Below, piece after piece: positions 18,700 through 31,100 of a stretch of 64,000 nucleotides of DNA. Position 1 is the stretch's first letter; each line of letters starts with the position of its first letter. Both the position numbers and the translations under genes were made by a program. Below the pieces are notes generated by a model. The model made no database searches and was not told the DNA's origin. It saw only the letters and a list, made by a program, of their open reading frames with translations. This DNA is from a bacterium (GTDB lineage Bacteria; Electryoneota; JAOADG01): assembly GCA_963681965.1 (NCBI GenBank), contig OY820579.1, positions 2,880,001-2,944,000 of the forward strand, written 5' to 3'.

Positions 18700-19062
18700 A
18701 TGCGTCGATTTGGTGAAATATTGCTAGATGAAGGTATGATTAGTGACAATCAACTTCATGAAGCCCTTAGTATTCAGAAACATGCTTCTTTGAAAGTTGG
18801 TGAAGTCATGTTACAACAAGGCTCGATCAAACCCCATCATATCGAAGATGTGCTCATTCACCAGCGCGATATCGCGCCTGCACTGCGGTTCGGCGAAATT
18901 GCCATTCATCTGAATCTGGTCGATGCAAATAAAGTGGCTGAAGCAATCCGCTATCAACAAACCAGTAAAGGTATGTTAGGCGATATCCTCGTGGAGTTAG
19001 GTTACATTACCGAGAAACAACGCATCGATATCATGGCGATGCAAGCAAGAGATTTTCAATAA
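18700..19062 (+). CDS. Stand-alone MshEN-repeat protein (putative c-di-GMP receptor)
   Basis: Four copies of an RLGxxLxxxGxIxxxxLxxxLxxQ-like motif; GGAGG RBS. Confidence 0.75.
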   Translation: MRRFGEILLDEGMISDNQLHEALSIQKHASLKVGEVMLQQGSIKPHHIEDVLIHQRDIAPALRFGEIAIHLNLVDANKVAEAIRYQQTSKGMLGDILVELGYITEKQRIDIMAMQARDFQ

Positions 19063-19098
19063 ATTACGATTTTTCTCTACAGATACCGGAGTGTTGAA

Positions 19099-19905
19099 TT
19101 ATGCTCCGGTATGTTTCTTTTCCTGCATTATTCGGACAACCCTCGGTATCATAAACCTTGGTGCAAATCGATAAGATTGTGCCAAAATCTTATTCTTTAT
19201 CCCGGTAATGATTAATGTTTTACCCTTCATTAATCCGTTATATCCTTGTTTTGCAACATCTTCTGCCGTCATCAGAGATTGTTGAAACAATTTGGATTCT
19301 GTCAACTTCGCACGTTCGGCAAAACCAGTTTCTGTCGGTCCGGGACAAAGAATCGAAACAGTAATATTGGTTTGTTTCAGCTCCTCCGCGAGTGCTTCAC
19401 TAAAATGAAGGACATACGCTTTCGATGCAAAATATACTGCCATTAACGGACCGGGTTGAAATGCTGCGGTGGAAGCTACATTAAGAATTCTTCCAAAACC
19501 ACTCGCTAGTCGAAGGTGAATAAACCGCTTCGTTATTTCTGTTAGCGCACGAATATTGACATCGATTAAAGATAGTTCTGCTGCCAACTCGGTTTGCGAG
19601 AATTCACCGTAAACAGCAAATCCAGCATTATTAATCAGAATTTCCGGGATGACTCCCCACTCCGATAACTGAAGAAAAATCGATTGGATCTTTGCTGTGT
19701 CGGCTAAATCGGCAGCGATAAATCGTACCGATACGTGAAATTCACGCTCGATTTCACTTGCGATCTGCGCTAACTGCTCGGTCGATCGAGCAGTGATGAT
19801 CAGAGAATATCCATGTTGAGCAAATTCTTTAGCTAGCGCAAGACCTATTCCGGAACTAGCACCTGTGATGAATACCCAACGCGTTTCTGTATCTTGACTA
19901 TTCAT
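19099..19905 (-). CDS. Short-chain dehydrogenase/reductase
   Basis: TGASSGIG, NNAG, YxxxK (YFASK) and CPGPT motifs. Confidence 0.92.
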   Translation of the reverse strand: MNSQDTETRWVFITGASSGIGLALAKEFAQHGYSLIITARSTEQLAQIASEIEREFHVSVRFIAADLADTAKIQSIFLQLSEWGVIPEILINNAGFAVYGEFSQTELAAELSLIDVNIRALTEITKRFIHLRLASGFGRILNVASTAAFQPGPLMAVYFASKAYVLHFSEALAEELKQTNITVSILCPGPTETGFAERAKLTESKLFQQSLMTAEDVAKQGYNGLMKGKTLIITGIKNKILAQSYRFAPRFMIPRVVRIMQEKKHTGA

Positions 19906-19933
19906 TCTGCCTCAACATCGAAATCAAAACAAG

Positions 19934-19956
19934 AAAGGGCGACGACGTCGCCCTTT
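19934..19956 (-). terminator. Hairpin terminator
   Basis: AAAGGGCGAC-GAC-GTCGCCCTTT. Confidence 0.7.
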
Positions 19957-19980
19957 AAAGTAAATAATGAAGGATCTGAT

Positions 19981-21087
19981 TTACCACCGGTAAATTTGTA
20001 CGCCTTCATCTTCGCTACAAACGACTAAGTAATTTTGAAACGTCGTAATAGCCACGGTTCCATTATGTTTCAGCAATCCCATCGGAACCGGATTTGCCGG
20101 ATTCGACAGTGAGAGAACATAAACACCTTTGTAGAATTTATCGTCGACGGCGAATAGTCTCGAGCCATCGGCAGATACTTCAACCTGAACCAATCCGTCG
20201 GATCGATCTAGTTGATATTGCGTAACTGTCGAAACTAATTGCGGATGTGTCGGATTGGATATATCGACAGTGGCAATCCCATTGGTTTTCAACGAGACAT
20301 AAGCATAATTGCCATGCTTGGCAATCCAATTCGCGGAACCGGGCAAATCCAGGTGACCCACTTCAACTGGCGCATTAGTCCAATTGGTATGATTGAGAAC
20401 AATTAAGCCGTACTCTTCAGCTGCTGCAAACGTATATGGTTTACCGATGACAGCGTGACGAATCTTACTCGTACGCGAATTCGGGAAAAAAGCACCGCTG
20501 GTAATTTTCGACCAAGTCTCTGTTCCAGTATTCGTATCGATTTCAATTCCAGTCACTGTCACTATCAAGAAACCATCCGTCATCTGATGACATTTCATGA
20601 AATGAAGCGAAGTATCCGGATCGTGAAAAAGAGTCGTAGTCGAGCTATTTCCCAATTCCAATCCTTGCATTCTGGTAATGGTATCGTAAGTAGCTTCGAA
20701 GATGTTGTAAAGGAATCGATTCGTCGTACTAGCTCGATCACTCGCTAGCAGTTTGTGACGTAAGGAATCATAACCAACCCAAATGAAACCGTGGTTGGCT
20801 TCAGTGATAATATTTTTTAAATAATGCGGTTCCGGTTTCAAAGCGATGATTGCAATACCCCGCTCATCATCTGCGACATATAACGTGTCGTTATAAATTG
20901 CAGCCGCTTCAGGTGCACCGGGCGTAAGAATTGATGCAACTAATGTCATTCCAACATCTTGTACAGAAACCGGGTTTGATTGCTTTGCACATCCAAGAAA
21001 CTGGGTAGTAAAGCAGATCGACGAAACCAGGATGACTATCGCTGCGAGTAGCGCGTGTTTCCGTTTCATTGCGATTTCCCTCCTCAA
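19981..21087 (-). CDS. LVIVD-repeat beta-propeller lipoprotein (likely start 21069)
   Basis: Lipobox FLGC; repeats such as YAYV...GI.TVDISNPTHP.LV and GVYVLSLSNPANP. Confidence 0.75.
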   Translation of the reverse strand: MRREIAMKRKHALLAAIVILVSSICFTTQFLGCAKQSNPVSVQDVGMTLVASILTPGAPEAAAIYNDTLYVADDERGIAIIALKPEPHYLKNIITEANHGFIWVGYDSLRHKLLASDRASTTNRFLYNIFEATYDTITRMQGLELGNSSTTTLFHDPDTSLHFMKCHQMTDGFLIVTVTGIEIDTNTGTETWSKITSGAFFPNSRTSKIRHAVIGKPYTFAAAEEYGLIVLNHTNWTNAPVEVGHLDLPGSANWIAKHGNYAYVSLKTNGIATVDISNPTHPQLVSTVTQYQLDRSDGLVQVEVSADGSRLFAVDDKFYKGVYVLSLSNPANPVPMGLLKHNGTVAITTFQNYLVVCSEDEGVQIYRW

Positions 21088-21378
21088 AATAATCTTTGCG
21101 AGTAGCTCTCGAAAACCTATGTAAATTCACTACACAGGTCGCTCAATAGCAATATATAAACAATCCTCGGGTGAAGACAAACAAATCGAAGATTTAAAGA
21201 CTTTAATCGTACTGACAGATTCAACGAGACTGTGATGTCTAGAAATACGAGAAAAATCTCTTGTCAAACTTCGATCTAGAATAATGTATTAACCAAAAGG
21301 ATAAACATATACTTAGGGACAAATAAATCAGCACTTACCTACTAGGTTGTGAAGGATCTCTGAATTTGTTTGAACAAA

Positions 21379-21401
21379 GGGGATAAGTCTATCTTATCCC
21401 C
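21379..21401 (-). terminator. Hairpin terminator
   Basis: GGGGATAAG-TCTAT-CTTATCCCC downstream of the nucleotide-sugar dehydrogenase. Confidence 0.6.
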
Positions 21402-21505
21402 AATTTTGTGAAAACGTCAGAAACCTCGAGTAACAATACCTGAAACGGCAAGTATCGTGTCTAATAACATATACTTGCAGGTGAAAGTGTAAATTTGATC
21501 AGCAA

Positions 21506-22828
21506 CTAAAGTTTAACAACCCGGGCATTTCCTTTGGGAAATTTCTCCATTGCGTTACGCGAGTCGAAAATTAACTTCGCGTTGTCGGCAATCAACCGGT
21601 AATCGATCACCTTATGATCGGTACTAATCAATACGAGATCGAATTTGGCAATATTTTCTGCCGTCAATTCGACCGATTTGATTTGGATCGCTTCGTTCAA
21701 TGGATCTCGAATAACAGGAACATAAGGATCGTAATAATCGACGATTGCGCCTTTCTTACGGAGTTGAACTAATAAATCCAATGATGGTGATTCGCGAACA
21801 TCGTCAATATCGCGTTTGTAAGACATGCCCAATAACAAGATCTTCGTGCCGTTGAGCGCTTTATGTTCCTTGTTCATCAAATCCATTATTCGGTCGACAA
21901 CGAAGTCGGGCATGTGTGAATTGATTTCAGTCGCCAATTCGATAAACCGTGCCCGGTAGTTATGAGATCTTAATTTCCATGCGAGATACGATGGATCAAT
22001 TGGAATACAATGCCCACCTAATCCCGGACCGGGGAAAAACGGCATGAAACCGAACGGTTTGGTCGCTGCTGCGTTAACGATTTCCCACACATCGACATTA
22101 AGAACATTGCACATGATCGCAAGTTCGTTCACCAAACCGATGTTAATTGCCCGGAAAGTGTTCTCGTACAATTTGACCATTTCTGCAGCAGTAGCGCTGT
22201 TTACACGGATGATCTTGGCAATCACTGTCTCGTAAAATGCTACCGAAATATCGCAGCAATTCAGAGTCGCGCCACCGACTACTTTCGGGGTATTCTGGGT
22301 ATGAAAGTGAGGATTTCCCGGATCAACGCGCTCGGGACTGAATGAGGCAAAAATATCTTCGCCGATTTTAAAGCCTCGTGAAGTCAACTTAGGTACAACG
22401 ACTTCATTGGTAGTGCCGGGGTAAGTCGTCGATTCCAATGTCACCAGCATGCCAGCATGGATCGCATCAGTCATCATCTCAAGTGCATCGAGAATGAAAC
22501 TCATATCCGGATCGCCGGTTTTATTGAGTGGAGTTGGAACAGTTATCGCAACAACGTCTGCCGCTTTCAATTCCATAAAATCGCTGGTTGCACGCAATTT
22601 GCCAGCTTTCGTCAATTCGGCTAACTCGGCATCGTCGACGTCGCCAATATAGTTTTCTCCAGCATTGACATGTTTAATTTTATTCAGATCGACTTCTATA
22701 CCGATCACTTTGTAGCCAGCTTTAGCTGTTTCAACTGCTAATGGTAAACCAACGTAGCCTAATCCGATTACGCCAATAATTGCAGTTCGGTCTTTGAACT
22801 TAGTTAGCAGTTGTTCCCGGTAGGACAT
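21506..22828 (-). CDS. Nucleotide-sugar dehydrogenase (UDP-GlcNAc 6-dehydrogenase, WbpA/WecC family)
   Basis: GLGYVGLP, ESTTYPGTT, SPERVDPG, KLYEN, GGHCIPIDP and D.RESP motifs. Confidence 0.92.
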   Translation of the reverse strand: MSYREQLLTKFKDRTAIIGVIGLGYVGLPLAVETAKAGYKVIGIEVDLNKIKHVNAGENYIGDVDDAELAELTKAGKLRATSDFMELKAADVVAITVPTPLNKTGDPDMSFILDALEMMTDAIHAGMLVTLESTTYPGTTNEVVVPKLTSRGFKIGEDIFASFSPERVDPGNPHFHTQNTPKVVGGATLNCCDISVAFYETVIAKIIRVNSATAAEMVKLYENTFRAINIGLVNELAIMCNVLNVDVWEIVNAAATKPFGFMPFFPGPGLGGHCIPIDPSYLAWKLRSHNYRARFIELATEINSHMPDFVVDRIMDLMNKEHKALNGTKILLLGMSYKRDIDDVRESPSLDLLVQLRKKGAIVDYYDPYVPVIRDPLNEAIQIKSVELTAENIAKFDLVLISTDHKVIDYRLIADNAKLIFDSRNAMEKFPKGNARVVKL

Positions 22829-22978
22829 AAATTGCTCCTTGCTAGAGATGAAAGGAAGTTATATCTTGATTGACTTGAATCTAAAAGGTAAAGCAATATT
22901 CCCCGTGGTTCAAGCAGCAAACTCGATTGGTAGAATCGATTTATTCTTGCATAATATGACAATTTACAGCAGGTTTCG

Positions 22979-23740
22979 ATGCAAATGAAGACAGGTGATG
23001 CGTTACGTCCGGTTTGGTCTCGAACGACTGGACCGCGAGTTCGAATCGTATTGGTTGAACCGCGTAACGAAGGAAATATTGGCGCAACTGCTAGAGCACT
23101 ACGCGTTTGCGGACTCAACGAATTGGCGATCGTCGGACTTCAGCACCCCTTGGATCGGGGCACTGCTTATGCAATGGCATGGGGTTCTGTCGATATCTTG
23201 CAATCGGCACTGATCGTTGATTCGTTAGAGGATGCGTTACAAGGGTGCCAATTAGCTATCGCAACAACTGCCAGACCACGCCATAGTAGTCATGTACCAA
23301 TGGATCCCCGCGATTTAGCGAAAGAAGTCATGAAATTCGATCAATCGGCAACCATTGCGCTGGTTTTTGGGCGTGAAGACAGTGGTTTATCCAACGATGA
23401 GATGGAACGGTGCGAAATATGGGCATCGATTCCCGCCGCAGTGGTATATCCCTCATACAATCTCGCACAATCAGTGCAAATCTTCTGTTACGAACTCTTT
23501 CGCGCATTTCATGAAGCCCCGGAACAGACTTCCCGTTTGGCATCGGAACCGGAACAAGTCGATTGGCTCTATCGCAGAATGCGAGAGCGTTTAGAACTAA
23601 ATGGATTCCATCCTCGTGACGGCATGGATAATTTCATCAATCACGCTCGAGGTGTATTAGGACCAGTTGTCGCCGATAAACATGCAGCTGGGTTCATTCA
23701 TAAACTACTCGATGGTTTATTGGGTATTCGAACTAAATAA
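22979..23740 (+). CDS. trmJ: tRNA 2'-O-methyltransferase, TrmJ/LasT SPOUT family
   Basis: IVLVEP..EGNIG..AR, FGRE.SGL.N.E and YPSYNLAQSV motifs. Confidence 0.8.
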   Translation: MQMKTGDALRPVWSRTTGPRVRIVLVEPRNEGNIGATARALRVCGLNELAIVGLQHPLDRGTAYAMAWGSVDILQSALIVDSLEDALQGCQLAIATTARPRHSSHVPMDPRDLAKEVMKFDQSATIALVFGREDSGLSNDEMERCEIWASIPAAVVYPSYNLAQSVQIFCYELFRAFHEAPEQTSRLASEPEQVDWLYRRMRERLELNGFHPRDGMDNFINHARGVLGPVVADKHAAGFIHKLLDGLLGIRTK

Positions 23741-24053
23741 ACTTAGTTGAATTATTATATAATACTATCTACATAATTTATTCTTAAACCATTTCGACAT
23801 AATCGCAAATAGGTATTCTCTTGGAGCTTACATCACTTCCTTTTTTCACGTATCATTTGTGCAAATTGGATCTGGTCGTTTATATTGTTAAGTTTGCGAA
23901 GTCTAATCACCAAATATTCAATTTTTAAGAACCTATCAGTTCAGATTGTGAATCAAAATCTGATCGGATCTCAGTTTTATTGAGTATTGTTTTAACAAAT
24001 ATTAACGATGGTTATGTGGTGTGATTGATGTTCGTTTCACAAGGGAGAGCTAG

Positions 24054-24950
24054 ATGAATCTACGCGCGAATCAATCTTTGGAACGGTATCTGCAAGAAAT
24101 TGGAGAAGTACCCTTATTAACCGCTGAAGACGAAATTGAATTAGCTAAAAAAATTCGAAAAGGCGCCCGTGAAGGCGAACGCGCTTTGGAAACGTTGACC
24201 AAAGCCAATTTACGTTTTGTCGTCTCGGTCGCGAAACAATACCAAAACCAAGGTTTATCGCTTAGTGACTTAATCAATGAAGGTAATCTTGGTCTGATTA
24301 AAGCTGCACGTCGATTTGACGAAACTCGTGGTTTTAAATTCATCAGTTACGCTGTTTGGTGGATTCGCCAATCAATTCTTCAAGCTTTAGCGGAACAATC
24401 TCGGGTAGTAAGACTTCCTCTTAATCGCGTTGGTGCGATCAATAAGATCACCAAAGCCTACTCTTCGATCGAACAACAACAAGAGCGCGAACCAACTGTC
24501 GACGATATCGCTGAAGCGCTGGAAATGTCACCAGTTGAAGTACTCGAAACCTTAAAAATGAACGGACGTCATCTGTCCATGGATGCACCGTTCAGTCAAG
24601 GTGAAGACAATCGCTTACTCGACATTTTACAGGATGAAAGTAGTCCCTCGCCGGATGTCGACTTGGTGCGCGATTCACTTGAAAAAGAAATCGAACGTGC
24701 TCTGTCAACTTTAACTGATCGTGAAGCGGATGTCATTCGATGGTACTTTGGGCTTCATAAAAAAGATGACACTGCACCAGTCGTTATTCCTGCTGAAGGT
24801 GAAGATATCCATCTCCCCGCCTTGACATTGGAAGAGATCGGCGAGAAATTGAAACTCACTCGCGAGCGTGTACGGCAAATCAAAGAAAAAGCGATCCGTC
24901 GCTTACGGCACCCGTCAAGATCTCGAGCGTTAAGAGCATACTTAGGATAA
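24054..24950 (+). CDS. rpoD: RNA polymerase sigma70 factor, RpoD/SigA family (short FCB type)
   Basis: [39 protein letters not shown] and TRERVRQI; no region 1.1. Confidence 0.88.
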   Translation: MNLRANQSLERYLQEIGEVPLLTAEDEIELAKKIRKGAREGERALETLTKANLRFVVSVAKQYQNQGLSLSDLINEGNLGLIKAARRFDETRGFKFISYAVWWIRQSILQALAEQSRVVRLPLNRVGAINKITKAYSSIEQQQEREPTVDDIAEALEMSPVEVLETLKMNGRHLSMDAPFSQGEDNRLLDILQDESSPSPDVDLVRDSLEKEIERALSTLTDREADVIRWYFGLHKKDDTAPVVIPAEGEDIHLPALTLEEIGEKLKLTRERVRQIKEKAIRRLRHPSRSRALRAYLG

Positions 24951-24971
24951 TTCAATTTTTAGATTAAAGAT

Positions 24972-25000
24972 GAGCGCGAATGTTTTCGCGCTCTTTTTTT
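24972..25000 (+). terminator. Intrinsic terminator of rpoD
   Basis: GAGCGCGAA-TGTT-TTCGCGCTC plus T7. Confidence 0.85.
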
Positions 25001-25087
25001 GTAATCTTCTGGAATCCACTTCGCAACTCGAAAGTCAAATTTGTTAGCTGCAATTAGTACTATCCAACATTTTTTTAATCTGTTTCT

Positions 25088-25121
25088 AAAACAAACACGT
25101 CCGCGATTGCTCGCGGACGTG
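25088..25121 (-). terminator. Intrinsic terminator of the giant secreted protein gene
   Basis: CACGTCCGCGA-N4-TCGCGGACGTG with a T-rich tail on the minus strand. Confidence 0.75.
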
Positions 25122-25144
25122 CTATTGGTACTACTGCGATGTGA

Positions 25145-28100
25145 CTACTTCACCATGACCATCTTCTTAATCGAAGTGAACTTTCCACTTTCGATTCGGT
25201 AGAAATAGACGCCAGTCGCCAGCGCATCCCCTTGGAACCGCACTGAATGATACCCTGCCGGGAGATAGCTGTTCACCAGTGTGGTGACTTCCTGTCCCAA
25301 GGCATTGTATATCGTCAATCGAGTCAAGCCCGGGTTCTTCAGATCGAATCTGATTTCCGTAGCTGGATTGAACGGGTTCGGGTAATTCTGATGCAGTTTG
25401 TATGCAGTCGGTATACCAGTCGCTACCTCGTTGACATTGACCGAATCCGGTAACACATGAATTACTACTGGAATAGTAATCGTCGTACAGGCATTCGTTC
25501 CAATAATCATGTTGGCTGCTAAATCGGTATTGTCGATTGCAGTACTATCGAGATGGATACTAACACTCAATTCAAGAATCTGCGATTCGCCAATTTGCGC
25601 TTCTTCCGGAGAAACAATCGCAAAGTTTTGGAACGGACGATTCTGGAATTCTACTGCATAGTTGGACATGCTGTTGTAGAACAACGAGTCGCTGTAAATA
25701 TTGATACCACCGGTTCCTTCATTATCGATACCGGCGCATGCGCCCTGTCCGGTAGTCGTCGGAGCCAGTGTACCCAAATTACGATACTGGAACTTAATCA
25801 AACCATCGGAATAAAGAATGATTTGATAGGTTTTCGCATACGCAGCATTGGTCTGATAAGTGTAATTGTTGTACCGAACATCTTCGAATGTAAATACCAA
25901 GCGGGTTGGATTATCCAAGACTTGATACATATAACGCGAAGTTGTTACGTGAGCATTGTAATACTTGAACGGCGCAATTTGATAGTAATTGTCGGGCAGA
26001 GCCAAGTATGTCGGGAAACTAGCATAGTTTCTCAACATCAGGTACCCGCTTGAGCTGACATACAGTGAATCGAATTGCTGATTGTAGAACGGGAAACTGA
26101 ACCCAATCGGCACTTGTGCGACTGCATTGTAAGCTTGTGTTGCACCCGGCCAAATTTCAATTGCACCGGTCGCAGTTGTAATTGTTTCCCACCGATACGC
26201 CGCACCACCGTCAAGATTGTCGCGAGCTTCGTAACTACCCGCATCTATCGGCCACACTGTATTGATGGATGCACCGGAATTATTGCCCAACTGCATCATC
26301 GGCACACGCCGATTGGTATTGGAACCACGTCGCATCATTGTAGTAGTGGCAGAAATTGATTCGGGAATCAGTCGACCAGACGGATTTACACGGTCGATGG
26401 CATCATCGAATGGATAAGAAATGTAATTCGTAATATCGAGTTCCCAGTCGCCAACATCTTGAACGATAACGGTTTGCGATTGATCTTCGTTGCGATGCAT
26501 CGCGAATTCCAATGATGATGGAGACGCTGAAATCTGCGGAACGAAGAGTGAATCTTCAAATCGTGCTGTATCGGTATCAGTGAATACATAATTATCGTAA
26601 GCAACCACTGGATACATGCAAGGTTTGCTAATTCGGACATCCCAAGTTCCCGACGGAACTTGGAGCGACCACCGACCCGATGAATCGGTCTGGGCAGTCC
26701 AAATATTGTGAACTCGTACTGATGCGTTGGCTACTGGGCTGTTGTCGCGGCGGAAAACGTGTCCGCGTGCTTCAACAGGTGCAGCACCTTCAATACTGAG
26801 ATTCGTTACATAGAAGTGAGGTCCATAATAGTTATGGGCAATGAAACCAATCCGAACCGAGGGATGACCGATCGCATTCGTCGGCAACCAAGTTTCGGCA
26901 TGTCCCCAGTTGTCGATCACTGCCGGCGAAGTATTGTAACCACCACCGGTACCCGGGCTAACGCGTAAGTTGGTTTCACCAGTACCAATACCCGATCGTA
27001 CCCAGAATGGTGAGTATGTTAAACCACCATCTATCGAGTACACAACTTCAATCGTATCGGCGTAAGTGTTGGTAGTAACGTTGTAGAAATACCAATCGAA
27101 CGTGACATGTCCGATTTGAATATCTTCGGTATTGATCGGCGGCGACCACAGTTGGTCGATTTGCGCATTACCGGGATAGTAGTTGTAGAACGGCATACAT
27201 GCAGCACTAACGGATGAGGTTGACCGGATCCAAGTGATACTGTTGTCGGAATTCACTACCGTCCAATCTGGTGGTGGAAATGCCGTGCCACTGAAGTTCT
27301 GCGCAAACGGTAACTCGAACGCAGCTTGCGTCGTGAAAGTAGTACTTGATGACAAAGCGGTTTCAACATTCGCCCCGTTGCGAGCTTTGGTTCGAACAGC
27401 ATAATCGTTATTCGCAGTCAAACCGAACAGGACTACATTGCCCCAACTTGCCATCTTCTTCCAGACTGGTGTCGTACCCAGCGCACCGTTGGCTTGGACA
27501 TACATTGAGTCGACCATAACTGCATATTCGGTTAAAGCCGGATTCGGGAATTCTGCATCGTTATTGATAACGACGGTAGCGGAAGTAATACCTACCGATG
27601 TTACTGTTGGCGATGCCGGAATCGAAGCCAAAGTCCAACCATTCGTTAATGCAAAAGTGGTTGATCTTAATGTACCGTTCGCGGAATGTACTCGATAATA
27701 GTACTGAGTGTTCGGTAACAATTCGTTATCAGTGTAAACCGATAAAGTTGAAGCAACGGTCGAATCTAGAACAAACCCTGTGTCCGCAGTAGAAACATAA
27801 ATCGGGAAACCAGTTTCATTTGTGGCAGTTCGACGCCAATGCAACTGTAACGAAATGATTGACGCATTTGTTACCCATGCGGAATCTGGTGCTGTCGGAG
27901 TAACACCGGTACCGGTCGTAAACGACCAGATCGGACTGTTATTCACCGAAGCAGCATTTCGCGCCGCGATTTTCCAGTAATAGGTAGTGTTTGCAGCTAA
28001 TTGCGCCGGAGCAAACGACGTTCCGGGTTGATCCGTCGAAACGATATCAGCCGGCGGATTCGTAGTTCCCAAATACACATTGTATCCAGTTGCTGCTGCT

Positions 28101-31100
28101 GCGGCATGCCAACTCAATGTTGCATTTTGCGGAACATTCACTTCATCGGTATTCGGTACTGGAGCATAGGGTTGTCCCAGAGTATAGAACAAGTATGCAG
28201 TATTGGCTGTGGGTTGCGGTGGACCATACTGTAAGAAACGCGATCCATTCCGATCCTGAATTGCGGCTGCTGAGAACGGACAGTTGCCCGACAGCGTGCC
28301 GTAGTTGACCATTGCTTGACCGTTATCGTAAATAATCACCTGAATAGCAAGTGGACCTTGGCTGCCAAGTGAATAGAAATTGGTGTAAGTAATGACCAAT
28401 CGGTTCGGATTGGTGAGTGCTTCGTATCTCACTGTAGTCTGTGAAACCGACATATCGTAGTTCCAGAAGTAAATTCCTGCTGGATACGATACAAACGGGA
28501 ATACCGTAGTGGTATAATTGTAAGCGTTGGCAGAACCAAACTGAATTCGACCATTCGTACCGATATAATACTGTGTATACGAGGTGTCATACCAGACAAT
28601 CGGGAATGGTGCAGTAAAGGGACCTGCCTGACCGTCATCGGTACTCGTCCAACCTGTTACGGTAACAGCATTGGTAGTTGGATCGATCCAGCTATACGCC
28701 GGACCGCCAGGTGCATTCGAGGTGATGTAGCGATATCCGAACGCATCGGGACCACCATGATTGATGTCATTCGTCGTAATCGAAGCAGATGGACCTGCTG
28801 CAGCTTCAACACCTAGACCGTTCACTGCGATGGCTTCGAAAGTATAGGTAACGCCGGAAGTCAAACCGGACACAACCTTATTCGCCCAACCCCCTCGGGT
28901 ACCCAAGAAGATACCCATCATATCTAGCGTACCGGCTGCAGTAATCCAGCGATTGGAAGTTGTCTCCCGCAATTTGTATCGAGTACTCGAACCGTTATTG
29001 TCGATTCCGATACTATTGACTTGAATCGTGTAGAAACCTTGTCCCGATGGACTAAGCGATGGCACGGTCGCCGGTACGGGATTCGTCCAGCTATTCGCGG
29101 TCGCATAGTTGACAGTTACTACATTGCCATTTTGTGCATACACACGATACCAATATTGACGACCCGGCGAACAAGTAGTATCGCGATAGGACGTCGTGTT
29201 CGGTGACGCAGTAACAAGTGCTGTATATGTTGTTCCATCGGTCGATCGAGTGATCGGGAAACCAGTTTCATTCGTCGAGTTATCCTGCCAAGTTAATGTC
29301 ATTGCCGTGGTTGAAGGCGCAGGATTGGTTGCGATCGCGCCATTGGATGGCGTTCCCGGAGCCGCACCCGAACCAGTAGTGAATGACCATACCGGACCGG
29401 GATTGAATAATGCAGTATCGTTACCAAACGCTACAACTCGCCAGTAATATGTGGTATTCGCTGCAAGCGTTGGAGTATACACAGTATCGGTCCCATGCGT
29501 CACGACTTGCGCCATCGGTGGGTTTTCAGTGTCGTAGAAGACATTGTAAGTCGTAGCTGCGATTGCAGGCGACCAACTCAGCGAAGTATTTGTCGGGACA
29601 CCGGTTGCTGCATCAGCAGGAATCGGGTTCGACGGTTGACCCAATCGATAGAACATGTACGCGGTATTCTGTACCGGGATTGGCGGTGCATACTGTAAGA
29701 ATCGAGCACCATTGCGATCTTGAATAGCAGCACCGGCTATTGGACAAGCTGCTGCCAGAGTACCGTAATTGACAATCACTAAGCCAGTTTCATATAGAAT
29801 GACTTGGCAGGCAATTGGACCTTGGCTACCCAGTGTGTAAAAGTTGGTGTAAGTAATCACCATTCGGGTTGGATTGGTCAAGCCTTCATACTTAACCGTC
29901 GTCTGGGATACCGACATATCGTAATTCCAGAAGTACACACCTGCGGGATATCCAGTAAACGGGAAAGTACCTGATGAATAGTTGTAAGGATCAGCTCTTC
30001 CAAACTGAATACGACCGTTCGTTCCAATATAGAATGTGGTGTACGTCGTGTCGTACCACGGGAACGTAAATCCGAAATTAAACGGACCGGTCTGACCGTC
30101 GTCGGTGCTCGTCCAACCAGTTACCGTAGTCGCGTTGCCAGTTGGATCAATCCAACTGTAAGTCGGACCGCCAGTCTGTGCATTCGACGTAATGTACCGG
30201 TAACCGTATCCATCAGGACCACCGTGATTGATATCGTTGGTGGTAACTGTAGCTGATGGTCCTATGGGAGCAGAAACACCTCGACCATTGAATGCCATTG
30301 CGGCAAAACGATAGGTTCCACCGGAAGTCAATCCGCTGACCACATAGTTCGACCAGGACGGTCTCGAGAACAATCGTGCCGACATCGAATCGAGTAGCGT
30401 TCCAGCTGTCGAAACCCACTGATTTGAGTTGAGTTCCTTAACACGGTACAGTGTATTCGGTCCATTCTGGTCTGCTCTCACAGTTATTCCAACAGTATAG
30501 AAACCTAGACCAGAAGGAATGACAGTCGGCGAAATCGCAGAAACCGGATTGGTCCACCCGCTGACTGAAGCATAATTGACCGATCGAGCGCTGGTATTTT
30601 CCGAATAGACTCGGAATTGATACATCACACTCGGGGATAAATTGGTAATCGTCCGAGCTGTCGAATTTGCCGGCGCTGTAGCGACCAATGTAAAAACGGT
30701 ATCGGTCGATGCTTTCGCATAAATCGGAAATCCCGTTTCATTATTGGAGTTATCGGTCCATGTGATTGCTATCGATGACGTCGTTGGAGTTGGATCGGTA
30801 GCAATTGCTGCATTCGATGGAGTGGCAGGAGCAGTACCCGTACCAGTTGTGAATGACCATGTTGGACTGGTTGTCGTCGTAACGGAATCCTGACCGAAAG
30901 CAACTACTTTCCAATAATATGTTGTTGCGGCCGAGAGCGTTGGCGTGTAGGTCGTACCAGTTTGATGCTCCGAAATCAACGCCACTGGTGGGTTTTCCGT
31001 ATCGAAATAAACATCGTAATAAATCGCTGCGATCGCAGAAGTCCAACTCAACGAAGTGTTCGTCGGGACGTTGGTTGAAGCGTTCGCTGGCAATGGGTCA

